Shown here piece after piece: positions 1-9,750 of a stretch of DNA of 39,587 nucleotides. Numbering within the stretch: the first letter of the stretch is position 1; each line of letters begins with the position of its first letter. Source of the stretch: Oscillospiraceae bacterium (lineage in GTDB: Bacteria > Bacillota > Clostridia > Oscillospirales > Ruminococcaceae); assembly GCA_029098085.1 (NCBI GenBank), contig JAQXNQ010000167.1, positions 1 through 39,587 on the forward strand. Reading direction: 5' to 3'. The notes under the pieces are model-generated. The model was not told the DNA's origin. It ran no database searches and worked only from the letters and a program-made list of their open reading frames with translations. A program made the position numbers and the translations under genes.

Positions 1-2
1 AC

Positions 3-3000
3 GATTTTGGCTATTACAATTACAGCACTGAACGCGAGTGCGAAGATAGCAGCGTTCTTAAAAAGACAATGGATGGGCTATATAACGGAGCAGGTACAAC
101 ACTGTTTTCTGATTTGGAGCAGGGTGCAATCAAAAAAACGACTCTTACCGGAGAAAGCATGCATGACAGCAGTACGCCAAGCGTACAAGCCCATTTATTC
201 CCGTTGTCCCTCAGCGAAGCCTGGAGCATTGAAAAAAGCCAATGGAAAGCACAAGAAATAACCGATCCAGAAGGAAAGGGACAGGGCTGGTGGATCCGCA
301 CATCTAATGTTGATAATCTTGCCAATTTCATGTACTCAATGTACTATTCTAACACCTATATACACGTTTCTAAGGCTGTGCGTCCCGCATTTAATTTAAA
401 TCTGGACGCTGTCCTCTTCACCTCTGCCGCTGTAGGCGGCAAGAATGGGACCAACATTGGTCTTAAAAAGGTGGACGATAACAACGGCAACGAATGGAAA
501 CTGACGCTGAAGGACAGCAGCCGCCAGTTCGCAGTAACGGAAACGACCGCCAGCTGCAAGCCCGGCGACACCATTACGCTCAATTACACAGGAGCAACGA
601 TAAAGACAGATGACGCTCCAAACGAGTATATTTCCGCCATGATTGCGGACAGCAGCGGCGTGCAGTATTATGGGAAAATTGCACAGCCGACCAACGAAGC
701 CGGGGAGATCCGCATTACTATCCCGTTCAGCCTTACAGCGGGTACATATACCCTTTATGTGTTCAGCGAACAATGTAACGGTGATGAGCGAACCGACTAC
801 GCCAGTGATCTTAAGGGCATTCCCCTTACCGTGAACAATACTCCGAGGCCGTCCGATGGAGACACCCCTGCCATTATACTGGGCACGAGCAGTCTTGGGA
901 CGGGCGATATCGTGTATTTTGGAACATACGGAGCAACCGATGTGCCATGGTATATGCTTAACAATTATGGTTTTATGTTAAGCAAGTACACATTAGGTAC
1001 TTCGGATTTCCGAGGTAACTCCTCATATTACGGGCCCCAGGCTGCTAATGGCTATTACAATTACAGTACATCGTCGAATGAGGTAATTAGCAGCGTTCTT
1101 AAAAAAACGATGGACGGGTTATACAACGGAACAGATACAACGCTGTTTTCGGATTTGGAGCAGGGTGCAATCAAAGAAACGACCCTCACCAAGGAAAGTA
1201 TGTATGCGGATGACGACCGTGTAACGGACGTAAACGCCCATTTATTCCCGTTGTCCAAAGCCGAAGCGGAAGTCCTTGATTCGGAAGTGCGCCAAGCACG
1301 GAGCATAGCCGATCCGAAAGGGGAGGCTAGGTGGTGGCTCCGTTCCTCTTACAGCGAAGGAAGCGCCTATTTCGTGTCAGCTGGCGGCGGAATCGATCAC
1401 GTTCCTTTAGCTATTATTGCTCTCGGTGTGCGTCCCGCTTTTAATTTAGATATGAACTCTGTGCTCTTTGCCTCTGCCGCCGTAGACGGCAAGGCCGATA
1501 CAACGGTTGACGGCAACTTGACCGAAGTTTCTGCGTATAGCGACCCCGAATGGAAGCTGACGCTGAGGGACAGCAGTCGTAACGAATTTACGTCAAGCAC
1601 CACGGCGCGTAGCGGCAATACGCTGACGGTCAGGTACGAAAACGCAGCAACGGGCAATAACGAATATATTTCCGCCATTGTCAGGGATGCGAACGGCAAT
1701 GTTTCTTACTATGGGCGTATTGCACCGTTGGATGGCACGACGAACGGTGCAAACGGCACGGTAAGCATCACCCTGCCAGACAGCTTCGACAAGAACACGG
1801 ATACGCTTTACGTGTTCAACGAGCAGTACAACGGCGATAAAATGACCGACTACTCCAGCGATTTCTGCACGGTCGACAGCTCTGCGCCTGTGACAACGTG
1901 CGATGTCGAAATCAATTCAACAAACTTCCCGGATGCAGCATTCCGCGCCTATGTCAGCGAAAACTTTGATACGGATGAGGACGGCATACTCACCTCCGAA
2001 GAAATCGCGGCGGTAACAGAGATAGACTGCTCTGACGGCGGTATTGAGAGTCTCCAGGGCATTGAGCACTTCACGGCTCTGACCAAGCTGATCTGCAACG
2101 GAAACTATCTGACATCACTGGACATCAGCAGCAATACCGCACTGAAGCATCTGGAATGCGGCAAAACCTGGCTGACGAATCTGGACGTCAGCAGCAATAC
2201 AGCACTGGAGTATCTGGACTGTGGCTCCAACTATCTGACATCACTGGACGTCAGCAAGAATGACAAGTTGCAGCAGCTGGTCTGTAACACCAACAATCTG
2301 ACATCGTTGGACGTCAGCAAGAATAATGCGCTGCAGACGCTGCACTGCACCAGCAATACCTATGATATCACGCTGGGTGATAACAGAACCTTTAATCTCT
2401 CCTCCCTGCCCGGAAATTTTGATGTGAACAAGGCAAGTGACTGGAAGGGCGGCACGGTCAACGGAAATATCCTGACGTTTAATTCCGATGTAGTCACCTA
2501 TACCTACGATTGCGAAAACGAAAAAACCGCCACCTTCACGCTGGATGCCCGCACCAAATACGCTGTTACGGTAAACGGCGGCCTGTACGGAGAACTCGGA
2601 ATGTCGGGCTTACCCTGCGGCAAAGACGGTATTTGGGGGACTTATGCCGAAGGGGAAACAGTCATGCTGTTCATCGGTACGCGGGCCGACTCCGGCTACA
2701 CATTGGAAGGCTTGGAGTTTGACGGAATCGCGAAAGATGATTTTATATGGACTATTCCTCAAGATGTGGAGGACATCCAACGCTGTGGCTACTTCATCAT
2801 GCCTGCAAAAGATGTAGCTGTTACCGTTAAGTGGAAGAAAAACGACGACACGCCCGATACAACCTACACCATCACCTTCGACCCCAACGGCGGCGATCTG
2901 ACCGGCCAGACTACTACTGAAACCGAACCGGACGGCACGGTGGATTATTTACCCCGCGCAGCCCGCGACGGCTACACCTTTGACGGCTGGTTCACCGCGG

Positions 3001-4364
3001 CAGGCGAAAAGGTATACACCTACGTCAACGTATTCACTGCCGATACCACCGTTTACGCTCACTGGACTCCCGAAGCAGAGACAAAGCAGATCACGGAAGC
3101 CAGCTTTGCCCTGAAGGGCTATACCGTGGGAGCGAACGCAAAGGATATCGTTGTCACCTCCAATACCGAAGGCCTGAGCCTGACCGCAGGATATTTTGAG
3201 GGGCTGGGCAAACCGTATTCTTATCTCCTGTGCGAGGTTGTCGGTGAAGGCCCGGATGACGTGGTACCCGTTACCGGTTCGCTGGAAGCAGGCAAGGTAT
3301 ACTGCCTGATGCTGAGAGCAGATGTAGAAACAGGATATGATGTATCCGGGCTGACCAAGGATCATGTCACATTGAACGGCACCAACAAAGCAGCAGACTA
3401 CGGAGAGAATTTCGACTCCACTATCGGATGCATGTTTGAACTGCCCATCTTAACAGCAGATGACACCTCCCCCGCAAAGTACACCGTAACCGTCAACGGC
3501 AGCTATGCTTCGGCAGCAGGCACCGGAGAATATGAAGAAGGAGACCTTGTCACGCTGGCAGCCGGCAGCAGAAGCGGCTACACCTTCAGCGGCTGGACGT
3601 CTGACGATGTGATCATCCCCAACACCGGCAGCGCCGACACCAGCTTTGTCATGCCGGCCAAGGCCGTGACCGTAACGGCTAACTGGACCTATAACGGCGG
3701 AAATTCCTCCGGCGGCAGCGGTTCCGGCAGCGGCTCTTCCGGCTCCGGCAGCGGTTCCTCCTCCGGCAGCGGCTCCACGGGTACCGATGAGACCCCGGAC
3801 GGCTGGGTAGAGGAAGACGGCATCTGGCACTACTATGATCCGGAAGACGGCACCATGGCCGAAGACGGCGTGCAGGAAATCGACGGCGAAACCTACCTCT
3901 TCCGCGACGGAGGCGGCATGGCTTCCGATACCTGGTATCAGGATGAAGAAGGTCACTGGTACTACTTCGGCGGCAGCGGCGCCATGGTCAAAGACCAGTG
4001 GGTGCTCGCCAAAGGCGTCTGGTATTACCTCGGCTCCGACGGCGTCATGCTGACGAACCAGTGGGTGCTCAGCAAGGGCGTCTGGTACTTCCTCGGCTCT
4101 GACGGCGCCATGGTCAGCAATCAGTGGGTGCTCGCCAAAGGCGTCTGGTACTTCCTCGGCCCCGACGGCGCCATGCTGACTGATCAGTGGGTGAATTGGA
4201 ACGGCACCTGGTACTACCTCGACAAGAACGGTGCCATGCTGACCAGCAAGTGGCTGTACTGGAAGGGCGCGTGGTATTATCTCGGCGAGAGCGGCGCCAT
4301 GCTCACCGGTACCGTCACCCCCGATGGCTACCGTGTCGATGAAAACGGCGTCTGGATCGCGTAA
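3..4364 (+). CDS. Giant secreted/cell-wall-associated surface protein, 5'-truncated by the window edge. It has a duplicated N-terminal module, LRRs, Listeria-Bacteroides-type repeats, a Gly-Ser linker and C-terminal cell-wall-binding repeats.
   Basis: Frame 3 is open from nt 3 with no stop. Nt 9-90 encode GYYNYS..SSVLKKTMDGLYNG, the same motif that recurs at about nt 1050-1130, so the ATG at 69 is internal. LRR-like LTSLD(V/I)S(S/K)N occurs about 5 times (about 2100-2340). Other motifs: TITFDPNGG...DGYTFDGWF and YTFSGW repeat domains, a (GS)n linker (about 3700-3790), and 7 or more WYY(L/F)G..GAM cell-wall-binding repeats. The stop is TAA at 4362 and a strong terminator follows. Confidence 0.85.
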   Translation, partial: DFGYYNYSTERECEDSSVLKKTMDGLYNGAGTTLFSDLEQGAIKKTTLTGESMHDSSTPSVQAHLFPLSLSEAWSIEKSQWKAQEITDPEGKGQGWWIRTSNVDNLANFMYSMYYSNTYIHVSKAVRPAFNLNLDAVLFTSAAVGGKNGTNIGLKKVDDNNGNEWKLTLKDSSRQFAVTETTASCKPGDTITLNYTGATIKTDDAPNEYISAMIADSSGVQYYGKIAQPTNEAGEIRITIPFSLTAGTYTLYVFSEQCNGDERTDYASDLKGIPLTVNNTPRPSDGDTPAIILGTSSLGTGDIVYFGTYGATDVPWYMLNNYGFMLSKYTLGTSDFRGNSSYYGPQAANGYYNYSTSSNEVISSVLKKTMDGLYNGTDTTLFSDLEQGAIKETTLTKESMYADDDRVTDVNAHLFPLSKAEAEVLDSEVRQARSIADPKGEARWWLRSSYSEGSAYFVSAGGGIDHVPLAIIALGVRPAFNLDMNSVLFASAAVDGKADTTVDGNLTEVSAYSDPEWKLTLRDSSRNEFTSSTTARSGNTLTVRYENAATGNNEYISAIVRDANGNVSYYGRIAPLDGTTNGANGTVSITLPDSFDKNTDTLYVFNEQYNGDKMTDYSSDFCTVDSSAPVTTCDVEINSTNFPDAAFRAYVSENFDTDEDGILTSEEIAAVTEIDCSDGGIESLQGIEHFTALTKLICNGNYLTSLDISSNTALKHLECGKTWLTNLDVSSNTALEYLDCGSNYLTSLDVSKNDKLQQLVCNTNNLTSLDVSKNNALQTLHCTSNTYDITLGDNRTFNLSSLPGNFDVNKASDWKGGTVNGNILTFNSDVVTYTYDCENEKTATFTLDARTKYAVTVNGGLYGELGMSGLPCGKDGIWGTYAEGETVMLFIGTRADSGYTLEGLEFDGIAKDDFIWTIPQDVEDIQRCGYFIMPAKDVAVTVKWKKNDDTPDTTYTITFDPNGGDLTGQTTTETEPDGTVDYLPRAARDGYTFDGWFTAAGEKVYTYVNVFTADTTVYAHWTPEAETKQITEASFALKGYTVGANAKDIVVTSNTEGLSLTAGYFEGLGKPYSYLLCEVVGEGPDDVVPVTGSLEAGKVYCLMLRADVETGYDVSGLTKDHVTLNGTNKAADYGENFDSTIGCMFELPILTADDTSPAKYTVTVNGSYASAAGTGEYEEGDLVTLAAGSRSGYTFSGWTSDDVIIPNTGSADTSFVMPAKAVTVTANWTYNGGNSSGGSGSGSGSSGSGSGSSSGSGSTGTDETPDGWVEEDGIWHYYDPEDGTMAEDGVQEIDGETYLFRDGGGMASDTWYQDEEGHWYYFGGSGAMVKDQWVLAKGVWYYLGSDGVMLTNQWVLSKGVWYFLGSDGAMVSNQWVLAKGVWYFLGPDGAMLTDQWVNWNGTWYYLDKNGAMLTSKWLYWKGAWYYLGESGAMLTGTVTPDGYRVDENGVWIA

Positions 4365-4400
4365 TCGGCTTTCCCGCTGATTTCGCTCCCGGATGAAAGA

Positions 4401-4436
4401 AGTCCCCGGAATCCATAGGATTCCGGGGACTTTTGC
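4401..4436 (+). terminator. Rho-independent terminator of the surface-protein gene
   Basis: Perfect 14-bp stem AGTCCCCGGAATCC / GGATTCCGGGGACT with a 3-nt loop, followed by TTTT. It starts 37 nt after the TAA stop. Confidence 0.8.
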
Positions 4437-4572
4437 GTGCCGGGAAGGCGTTTTTCGACAACTTTCCGGGCGGCTTCTGCAAAATACCTAACCTTTGGTT
4501 AATGTTCATTTCATAAATTTCCCCGTACAATAGGAATACGGAAGAATTTTTTGCTTTAAGGAGGGAAGTGCA

Positions 4573-5697
4573 GTGAAGCGAATGCAAAAGGACAGCCACA
4601 GAGTCCTGAGCCTTCTTCTGGCTCTGATCCTGAGCGTGAGCCTTTCGGCTTGCGGCGGAAACGGTCATAAGGAGAGCTCCACAGTTTCGGAGAGCTCCAA
4701 GCCGCAGTCCGAAGCAAGCTCTGAAGCATCACGGATCGTTTCGCAGCCCGAATCGGACACTGAAAGCTCGCAGACCGTCACGCATCCCGAATCGGACACT
4801 TCCGGAACACAGACCGTCATTGAGGTGACGATGGAAGATCTCCCGGAGCTGATGCCGGATATCCTGAAGCTGCGGGAAAAGAAGTATGACGAGATGCCGC
4901 TTCTGGAAACGCAGGAGCAGCTGTCTGAATACGCGCTGTGGAACTTCGTCAGCGGCAGCCTTGAATTTGAGTGCCGGATCCCCTGGGAGCTGTCATACGG
5001 CCTGAGCGCGGAGGCACTGGATCAGGCATGCTCGGATGCCATGTGCTACTATCTGTTCAGCTCGTACAGACCCTGGGATATGCTCACGGAGGATGACGGT
5101 GATCCTGACAGCGTGTACGCGAAGGTTAAGATCGTGTATGATGTACCGGAGTATGATCAGGAGGCCAGACTGAAAGCGTACAGCTATGTCGTGAATAACC
5201 CCCCTCCCGAAGGCGGCTTTACGGACTATGAGGAAGAAAAGGAGTACGCGCGGAAGGTACACGACTATATAGCCCGCAGGATCGCCTACGACCCCATTGG
5301 CTATGAACCGGAGCTTCCGCTGACCCAGACAAGATACGATATTTACCAGGAAGCATATAATGTGCTTGGCGAGGGTCAGGAGACCGCGGTCTGCGCCGGG
5401 TATGCCCGGGCGTTTGGGCTGATCTGCCAGTATGCCGGCATCAACTGCGCATGGGTGTGGGGTAACGAAACGGAAGAAAGCAGCCACGCGTGGAATGTGC
5501 TTTTTCCCTGCGACGGCAGTGAGCCCGTGCTGGTGGATGTGACCTGGGATGATGGACAGAGCCCTGATCTGCCCGAACAGACCTATGTGGATGACACCTA
5601 TTTCTATATTCCGCTTTCCGCCGAGTATGAGCATGAAGCGGACGAGGAAATGTGGGCCTTCATCCAGTACCTCAACGAGGGGGCGCGCAGCCGGTGA
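4573..5697 (+). CDS. Lipoprotein with a transglutaminase-like (Cys-His-Asp core) domain
   Basis: GTG start lies 8 nt after GGAGGG. The signal peptide ends in lipobox LSAC. An S/E/T-rich linker carries a duplicated (Q/H)PESDT..QTV. Core-like motifs are CAGYARAFGLIC ... SHAWNVLF ... VDVTWDD. Stop is TGA. Confidence 0.75.
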   Translation: MKRMQKDSHRVLSLLLALILSVSLSACGGNGHKESSTVSESSKPQSEASSEASRIVSQPESDTESSQTVTHPESDTSGTQTVIEVTMEDLPELMPDILKLREKKYDEMPLLETQEQLSEYALWNFVSGSLEFECRIPWELSYGLSAEALDQACSDAMCYYLFSSYRPWDMLTEDDGDPDSVYAKVKIVYDVPEYDQEARLKAYSYVVNNPPPEGGFTDYEEEKEYARKVHDYIARRIAYDPIGYEPELPLTQTRYDIYQEAYNVLGEGQETAVCAGYARAFGLICQYAGINCAWVWGNETEESSHAWNVLFPCDGSEPVLVDVTWDDGQSPDLPEQTYVDDTYFYIPLSAEYEHEADEEMWAFIQYLNEGARSR

Positions 5698-5815
5698 GAC
5701 TTTCCGGATGCCGATTCCTGCCGGGAGCCTGTGAAAAGCCCGGGAATCTGCTGCGTGCATGAACAGGGTCGCTGTTAAAGTGCAATTCAGAAAGAATTCA
5801 GGAAGGAGGACTTTT

Positions 5816-6070
5816 ATGGAAAGGAAGTATATTTCAGCGGTCAAGGCAATGAACGACTATGTCCTGCAGGTTGATTTCGTGTCCGGCAGCCGTCTGCTGC
5901 TGGATATGAAGCCCTACCTTGACAAAATCCGGTTCCGGCCGCTGGCCGATCCGCAGGTGTGGAACAGCGTCGTAACCAATGGCATCTTTGTCCGCTTCGG
6001 CAATGTGGAGCTGAGCCACGACGAGCTGCTGTCCATGGCGGAGCGGGAGCATTGGACTGCATCCTATTAA
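5816..6070 (+). CDS. Small DUF2442-like protein (family assignment tentative)
   Basis: ATG at 5816 lies 6 nt after GGAAGGAGGA. The upstream part of ORF 5759.. has no RBS. The 84-aa product (YISAVKAMNDYVLQVDFVSGS...LLDMKPYL...F.PL.DP..W..V...G..V.F.N.ELSHDEL) fits the DUF2442 pattern from memory. Confidence 0.55.
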   Translation: MERKYISAVKAMNDYVLQVDFVSGSRLLLDMKPYLDKIRFRPLADPQVWNSVVTNGIFVRFGNVELSHDELLSMAEREHWTASY

Positions 6071-6088
6071 AAAGGGAGAATCGTGAAC

Positions 6089-7423
6089 ATGAAAAAATGG
6101 AAAAGGTATGGAAGCCTTTTGCTTGCATTGCTTATGTGCCTGAGCATGACGGCCTGCGGCGACGGGAAGAAAGACGGATCAGGGGACGTCATTCCTGCTG
6201 CTCCTGATGTCCTTGAAGATCTGGACCCGGATGATTCGGCCGAATATGATTACAGCGCTTATCTGGGCACATGGGAAGACGGGCAGGGCAACGTACTTAC
6301 CGTGGAGAAGCGCGACGACGGACAGGTGTATTACCAGCTGCTGGATGTCAATGGGGATTCGAATGCCCGCGGCACTCTTCAGTATGTGAAGGCATACGAC
6401 AGTGTTTACGTCCATAACGAATTTGACGGCGCTGCTTATCTGCTTAGGTTTGACGCGGATGAGCTGGTCTTCGAGTACTTTGGCACCTACACCAAAGCGG
6501 GCGGCGGCACAGCTCCGGTCGTGGTCGATGATGCCGATGCGCTGCCCGTTAAGGTCGAAGGCCGCTGGCGCTGCTCGACCGTCGATCCATACCAGTACAT
6601 CGAGTTCGACGCAGAAGGTAACTGGAAGCTTTATTTCGACGAGTACAACGTGGCGGACAGCGGGTATCTTCGTTATGAACCGGACGAGGATGTCATCTAT
6701 ATCTGCAGCGACGTGGGCGGCGCCATGGACGGCAGCTATTATATCGAAGTGGAGGGGGAGACGCTTACCATCTCCGCCGGCTACGTCTTCAGCTATGACT
6801 GGTTCGCTCCGTACGAGGGCGTCTGGTTGTGCGAATCAACCGACCGGTGCGATTACCTGGTGTTCGATGATGATGGCGACTGGCAGCTCCAGCTTGAGGG
6901 CAAGGTGATCGATGAAGGCTATCTCTGGTATGCAGGGGAACAGGAACAGACCCTCTATATCTGCAGCACACAGGGCAGCGACGTGGACGGCTTTGATATA
7001 GGCGCCCCGGAGGATGGCCGGCTGTTGTTCTCCGATTACGGCCGCTTTGCCTATATCGATGAAAGCGGCATTGAATGGATCGATGATGGCACCGGAAACG
7101 GGAATGAGTATTACAGCTGGAACGCCAAGCTGCACCAGCGGAATGTTTCGGAGTTCGAAGGTGTCTGGTATTACCAGGAAGACCTTTCGGCGGATACCTA
7201 CATCGTCATCGACGGTGAGGGAAACTGGAGCTACTACCAGCGTGCGCCCGGCGACGCTGAGGGCACGGAAATGGACCACGGCACATTCTCCTACTCCAAG
7301 GATGAAGGCAGTGTCTATTATGCGGATTCTTCTGTGTATGACGGTGTGAGTTACTGGGTCATGGAGTTTGAAGAAGATATTCTCATCTGGGACTATGACG
7401 ACACCTATTACCGGATGGAATGA
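6089..7423 (+). CDS. Lipoprotein, member of a local paralog family (repeated W...DGNW...GYLxY modules)
   Basis: ATG lies 9 nt after AGGGAGA (GTG 6083 is in frame as an alternative). Lipobox is MTAC. There are four approximately 40-aa modules, for example VEGRWRC..FDAEGNWKLY..SGYLRY, YEGVWLC..DDDGDWQLQ..EGYLWY and FEGVWYY..DGEGNWSYY. The C-terminal approximately 110 aa and the final YYRME are shared with the 8749 gene. Confidence 0.8.
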   Translation: MKKWKRYGSLLLALLMCLSMTACGDGKKDGSGDVIPAAPDVLEDLDPDDSAEYDYSAYLGTWEDGQGNVLTVEKRDDGQVYYQLLDVNGDSNARGTLQYVKAYDSVYVHNEFDGAAYLLRFDADELVFEYFGTYTKAGGGTAPVVVDDADALPVKVEGRWRCSTVDPYQYIEFDAEGNWKLYFDEYNVADSGYLRYEPDEDVIYICSDVGGAMDGSYYIEVEGETLTISAGYVFSYDWFAPYEGVWLCESTDRCDYLVFDDDGDWQLQLEGKVIDEGYLWYAGEQEQTLYICSTQGSDVDGFDIGAPEDGRLLFSDYGRFAYIDESGIEWIDDGTGNGNEYYSWNAKLHQRNVSEFEGVWYYQEDLSADTYIVIDGEGNWSYYQRAPGDAEGTEMDHGTFSYSKDEGSVYYADSSVYDGVSYWVMEFEEDILIWDYDDTYYRME

Positions 7424-7442
7424 TGACAGAGAGGAGACGGAA

Positions 7443-8729
7443 ATGACGGATCTGCTCAAAAAGAGTGTTGCTTTTCTGCTGGCGGCGGTTCTCTGCTTAT
7501 GCCTGGCGGCCTGCGGCAGCACGGGCGATAAAGCTCCGGGTACCCTCGAGGGTATCGTTCCCGACGAATCGATCAATTACGATTTCGAAGACATCTACGA
7601 CGAATATCTGGGCTTTTGGTATCCCACGGATGCCGACAGTCTCATGGTGACGGAAAACGATGGAAAGTACCTCTACGAACTGTATGATGCCCATGACGAG
7701 GTAATTTCCAGCGGCCAGCTTCAGTATATGAAGGAATACCGCTGCATGTATGCCTGCTGCGAGCAGGATGGCATTGCCTACAGGTGCCGGATACAGCGCG
7801 AGGTGCTTAACGGTGAGGACAACGATACATTGTGCATCGACTACGTTGGTGTGTTCACCAGAGGGGAAAGCAAGTTCGAGGTGACTGGAGACGACTGGCG
7901 CACATGGGGTATTGTGTGTGACTCCGGTACCGTCACCCGCGGCGGGGAGGACACTACTGTACTGGTGTGTGTTCATTCGTCGGACGCCAACTTCTATTAC
8001 GACGAGCCGACTCAGGTGATCTTTGGCTATGTGGAATACCCGATCACCCTTGAGAGCGACGCATGGGGCGCTTACCGGAGCATCGACTTCTCCGACCGAA
8101 GCGGCGACGGCAACAGCGATGTGGCCATGCAGTTCAATGACGGCGGCAAGGAGCTGCTGATGGTGTGGTTCTGGGATGCGGAGAGCGAAGAGTTTGTGTA
8201 CCAGGAGGCGGAATCTCAGCTCGGTGAGGAAAAAGGTCAGGGTGACCTGATTCAGGATGGCGGTCCTGCGGTTTTGGTACTGAAGAGCGACGAGCCGCCT
8301 TTTGCCGATATGAAACCCATTCAGTCCGAAGTCCGTGAGGACGGCACCTATTATTACGCAGATGCCACGGAGAACGGGCAGATCACGGTGGTCAACACGG
8401 TGCTGCAGAATCAGCGGGATGATGGCCAGACCCTGGAAGAGTATATAGGCGACTGCGCGCTTGCTCTGAGTGAAGCGGCCACTTACGATTCGCTGACCGT
8501 TGAAAAAAATGATGCGTACACCGCGAAGATGAGCTATCCGGTATATATTGTGACCTATACCGCAGGCAAGGATGCGGGCGCATGCGAATGGACCGTTTTT
8601 GTCATGGAAACAAATAGCTGCACATATCTCTGCGGTTTCCGTGCCGCGGTTGACGCGGCAGATGATGTGAAATCCGTTTATGAAGACTTTTTCGCAGGCT
8701 TGCAGCTGTCTGACGAAGAACCTGTCTGA
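7443..8729 (+). CDS. Lipoprotein, same local family (module YLGFWYP..ENDGKYLYEL..SSGQLQY plus a DxSGDGNSD Ca-binding-like motif)
   Basis: ATG 7443 lies 6 nt after GAGGAG. The longer ORF from 7368 overlaps the previous gene and has no RBS. Lipobox is LAAC. The motif IDFSDRSGDGNSDVAMQF...LLMVWFWDAESEEFVYQE parallels ISFDDVNRDGETDVSLSF...ISLVWTWDSKKGYVYRE in the 9751 gene. Confidence 0.8.
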   Translation: MTDLLKKSVAFLLAAVLCLCLAACGSTGDKAPGTLEGIVPDESINYDFEDIYDEYLGFWYPTDADSLMVTENDGKYLYELYDAHDEVISSGQLQYMKEYRCMYACCEQDGIAYRCRIQREVLNGEDNDTLCIDYVGVFTRGESKFEVTGDDWRTWGIVCDSGTVTRGGEDTTVLVCVHSSDANFYYDEPTQVIFGYVEYPITLESDAWGAYRSIDFSDRSGDGNSDVAMQFNDGGKELLMVWFWDAESEEFVYQEAESQLGEEKGQGDLIQDGGPAVLVLKSDEPPFADMKPIQSEVREDGTYYYADATENGQITVVNTVLQNQRDDGQTLEEYIGDCALALSEAATYDSLTVEKNDAYTAKMSYPVYIVTYTAGKDAGACEWTVFVMETNSCTYLCGFRAAVDAADDVKSVYEDFFAGLQLSDEEPV

Positions 8730-8748
8730 TAAAGAATAGGAGGCTATT

Positions 8749-9732
8749 ATGAAAAAACAGAAAACACTGAGATCCTTACTGGTGACGCTGCCGCTGCTGC
8801 TTTGTTTCCTTTGCGCGGCCTGCGGCGGAGGCTCCGGTACGGTAAACAATAATAACAATAACGTAAACGGCGGCGTAAGCAACAGCACGAACAACAACTA
8901 CAACGCGAATAACAACGTAAACAACAATAACAATGCGAACAACAACGTAAACAACAATAACAACAACACAAACAACGGCGGATCCTATACGGATAATAAC
9001 CCTAACGGAGGCTCCGGCGGCACATACTATGAGCGCGATGAAGACTTCGTAAATGAGATCGGTATGTACGAGGGTCTCTGGATAAGCGAAGTGACCGACC
9101 AGTACGATTACCTGGAAATCGATGCGGAGGGCAATCTGCAGCTCTATTCCGACGGCTATGTGCTGGACGAAGGTTATCTCTGGTATGACCCGGAGTGGTC
9201 CACCACCTATATCGACAGTACCCTGGACGGTTTCCTGGACGGCGCTCGTATCGAAATGGAGGGCGGTCAGATCTACATCGATGTATGCGGCTATTTCGAC
9301 TACCTCGATGGACGGGGCGGTCAATGGCAGGGTGCGGCCGGCGGCACCGGCGGCGCTTATATTGACAACGGCAACAACGGCAACTATGGCGGCAACGACA
9401 ACAACGGCGGCAACGACACCTTCTACAGCTGGGATTCCGAGTTGTGCCAGCGGAATGTTTCGGAGTTTGAAGGTACCTGGTATTACAACGGTGACTATTC
9501 GGCAATGAGCTACATCGTCATCGACCGCAACGGAAACTGGAGCTATTACGAGCGCGCGGTCGGCGAGGCCGAGGCTACGCGGATGGACTACGGCACATTC
9601 TCCTACTCCGCGTATGAGGTCAGCACCTATTATGCGGAATCTGCTCAGTACACCGGTCTTTCCACCCGTGTATATGAATACGATGAAGGCGTTATCTTCT
9701 GGGGCGACGAAACTTATTATCGGATGGAATGA
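8749..9732 (+). CDS. Lipoprotein with an Asn-rich low-complexity linker; close paralog of the 6089 gene
   Basis: ATG lies 7 nt after GGAGG. Lipobox is CAAC. An approximately 45-aa N-rich tract follows the lipobox. Modules include YEGLWISEV..DAEGNLQLY..EGYLWY and FEGTWYYNG..DRNGNWSYYERA..MDYGTFSY. The protein ends in YYRME, like the 6089 gene. Confidence 0.85.
   Translation: MKKQKTLRSLLVTLPLLLCFLCAACGGGSGTVNNNNNNVNGGVSNSTNNNYNANNNVNNNNNANNNVNNNNNNTNNGGSYTDNNPNGGSGGTYYERDEDFVNEIGMYEGLWISEVTDQYDYLEIDAEGNLQLYSDGYVLDEGYLWYDPEWSTTYIDSTLDGFLDGARIEMEGGQIYIDVCGYFDYLDGRGGQWQGAAGGTGGAYIDNGNNGNYGGNDNNGGNDTFYSWDSELCQRNVSEFEGTWYYNGDYSAMSYIVIDRNGNWSYYERAVGEAEATRMDYGTFSYSAYEVSTYYAESAQYTGLSTRVYEYDEGVIFWGDETYYRME
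8845..8975 (+). repeat. In-frame AAC/AAT-rich low-complexity tract (Asn linker) containing a 30-nt duplication
   Basis: The tract is almost pure AAY codons. AACAACGTAAACAACAATAACAA occurs at 8911-8933 and again at 8941-8963. The tract is far more AT-rich than the surrounding gene. Confidence 0.9.
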
Positions 9733-9750
9733 TGAAAGGCAGGAGACAAG

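Noticed and set aside
7-331. Small ORFs at the window start (7-261 on the plus strand and 20-331 on the minus strand).
   Set aside because: They overlap the open frame-3 reading frame of the giant surface protein, whose repeat homology extends to nt 3.
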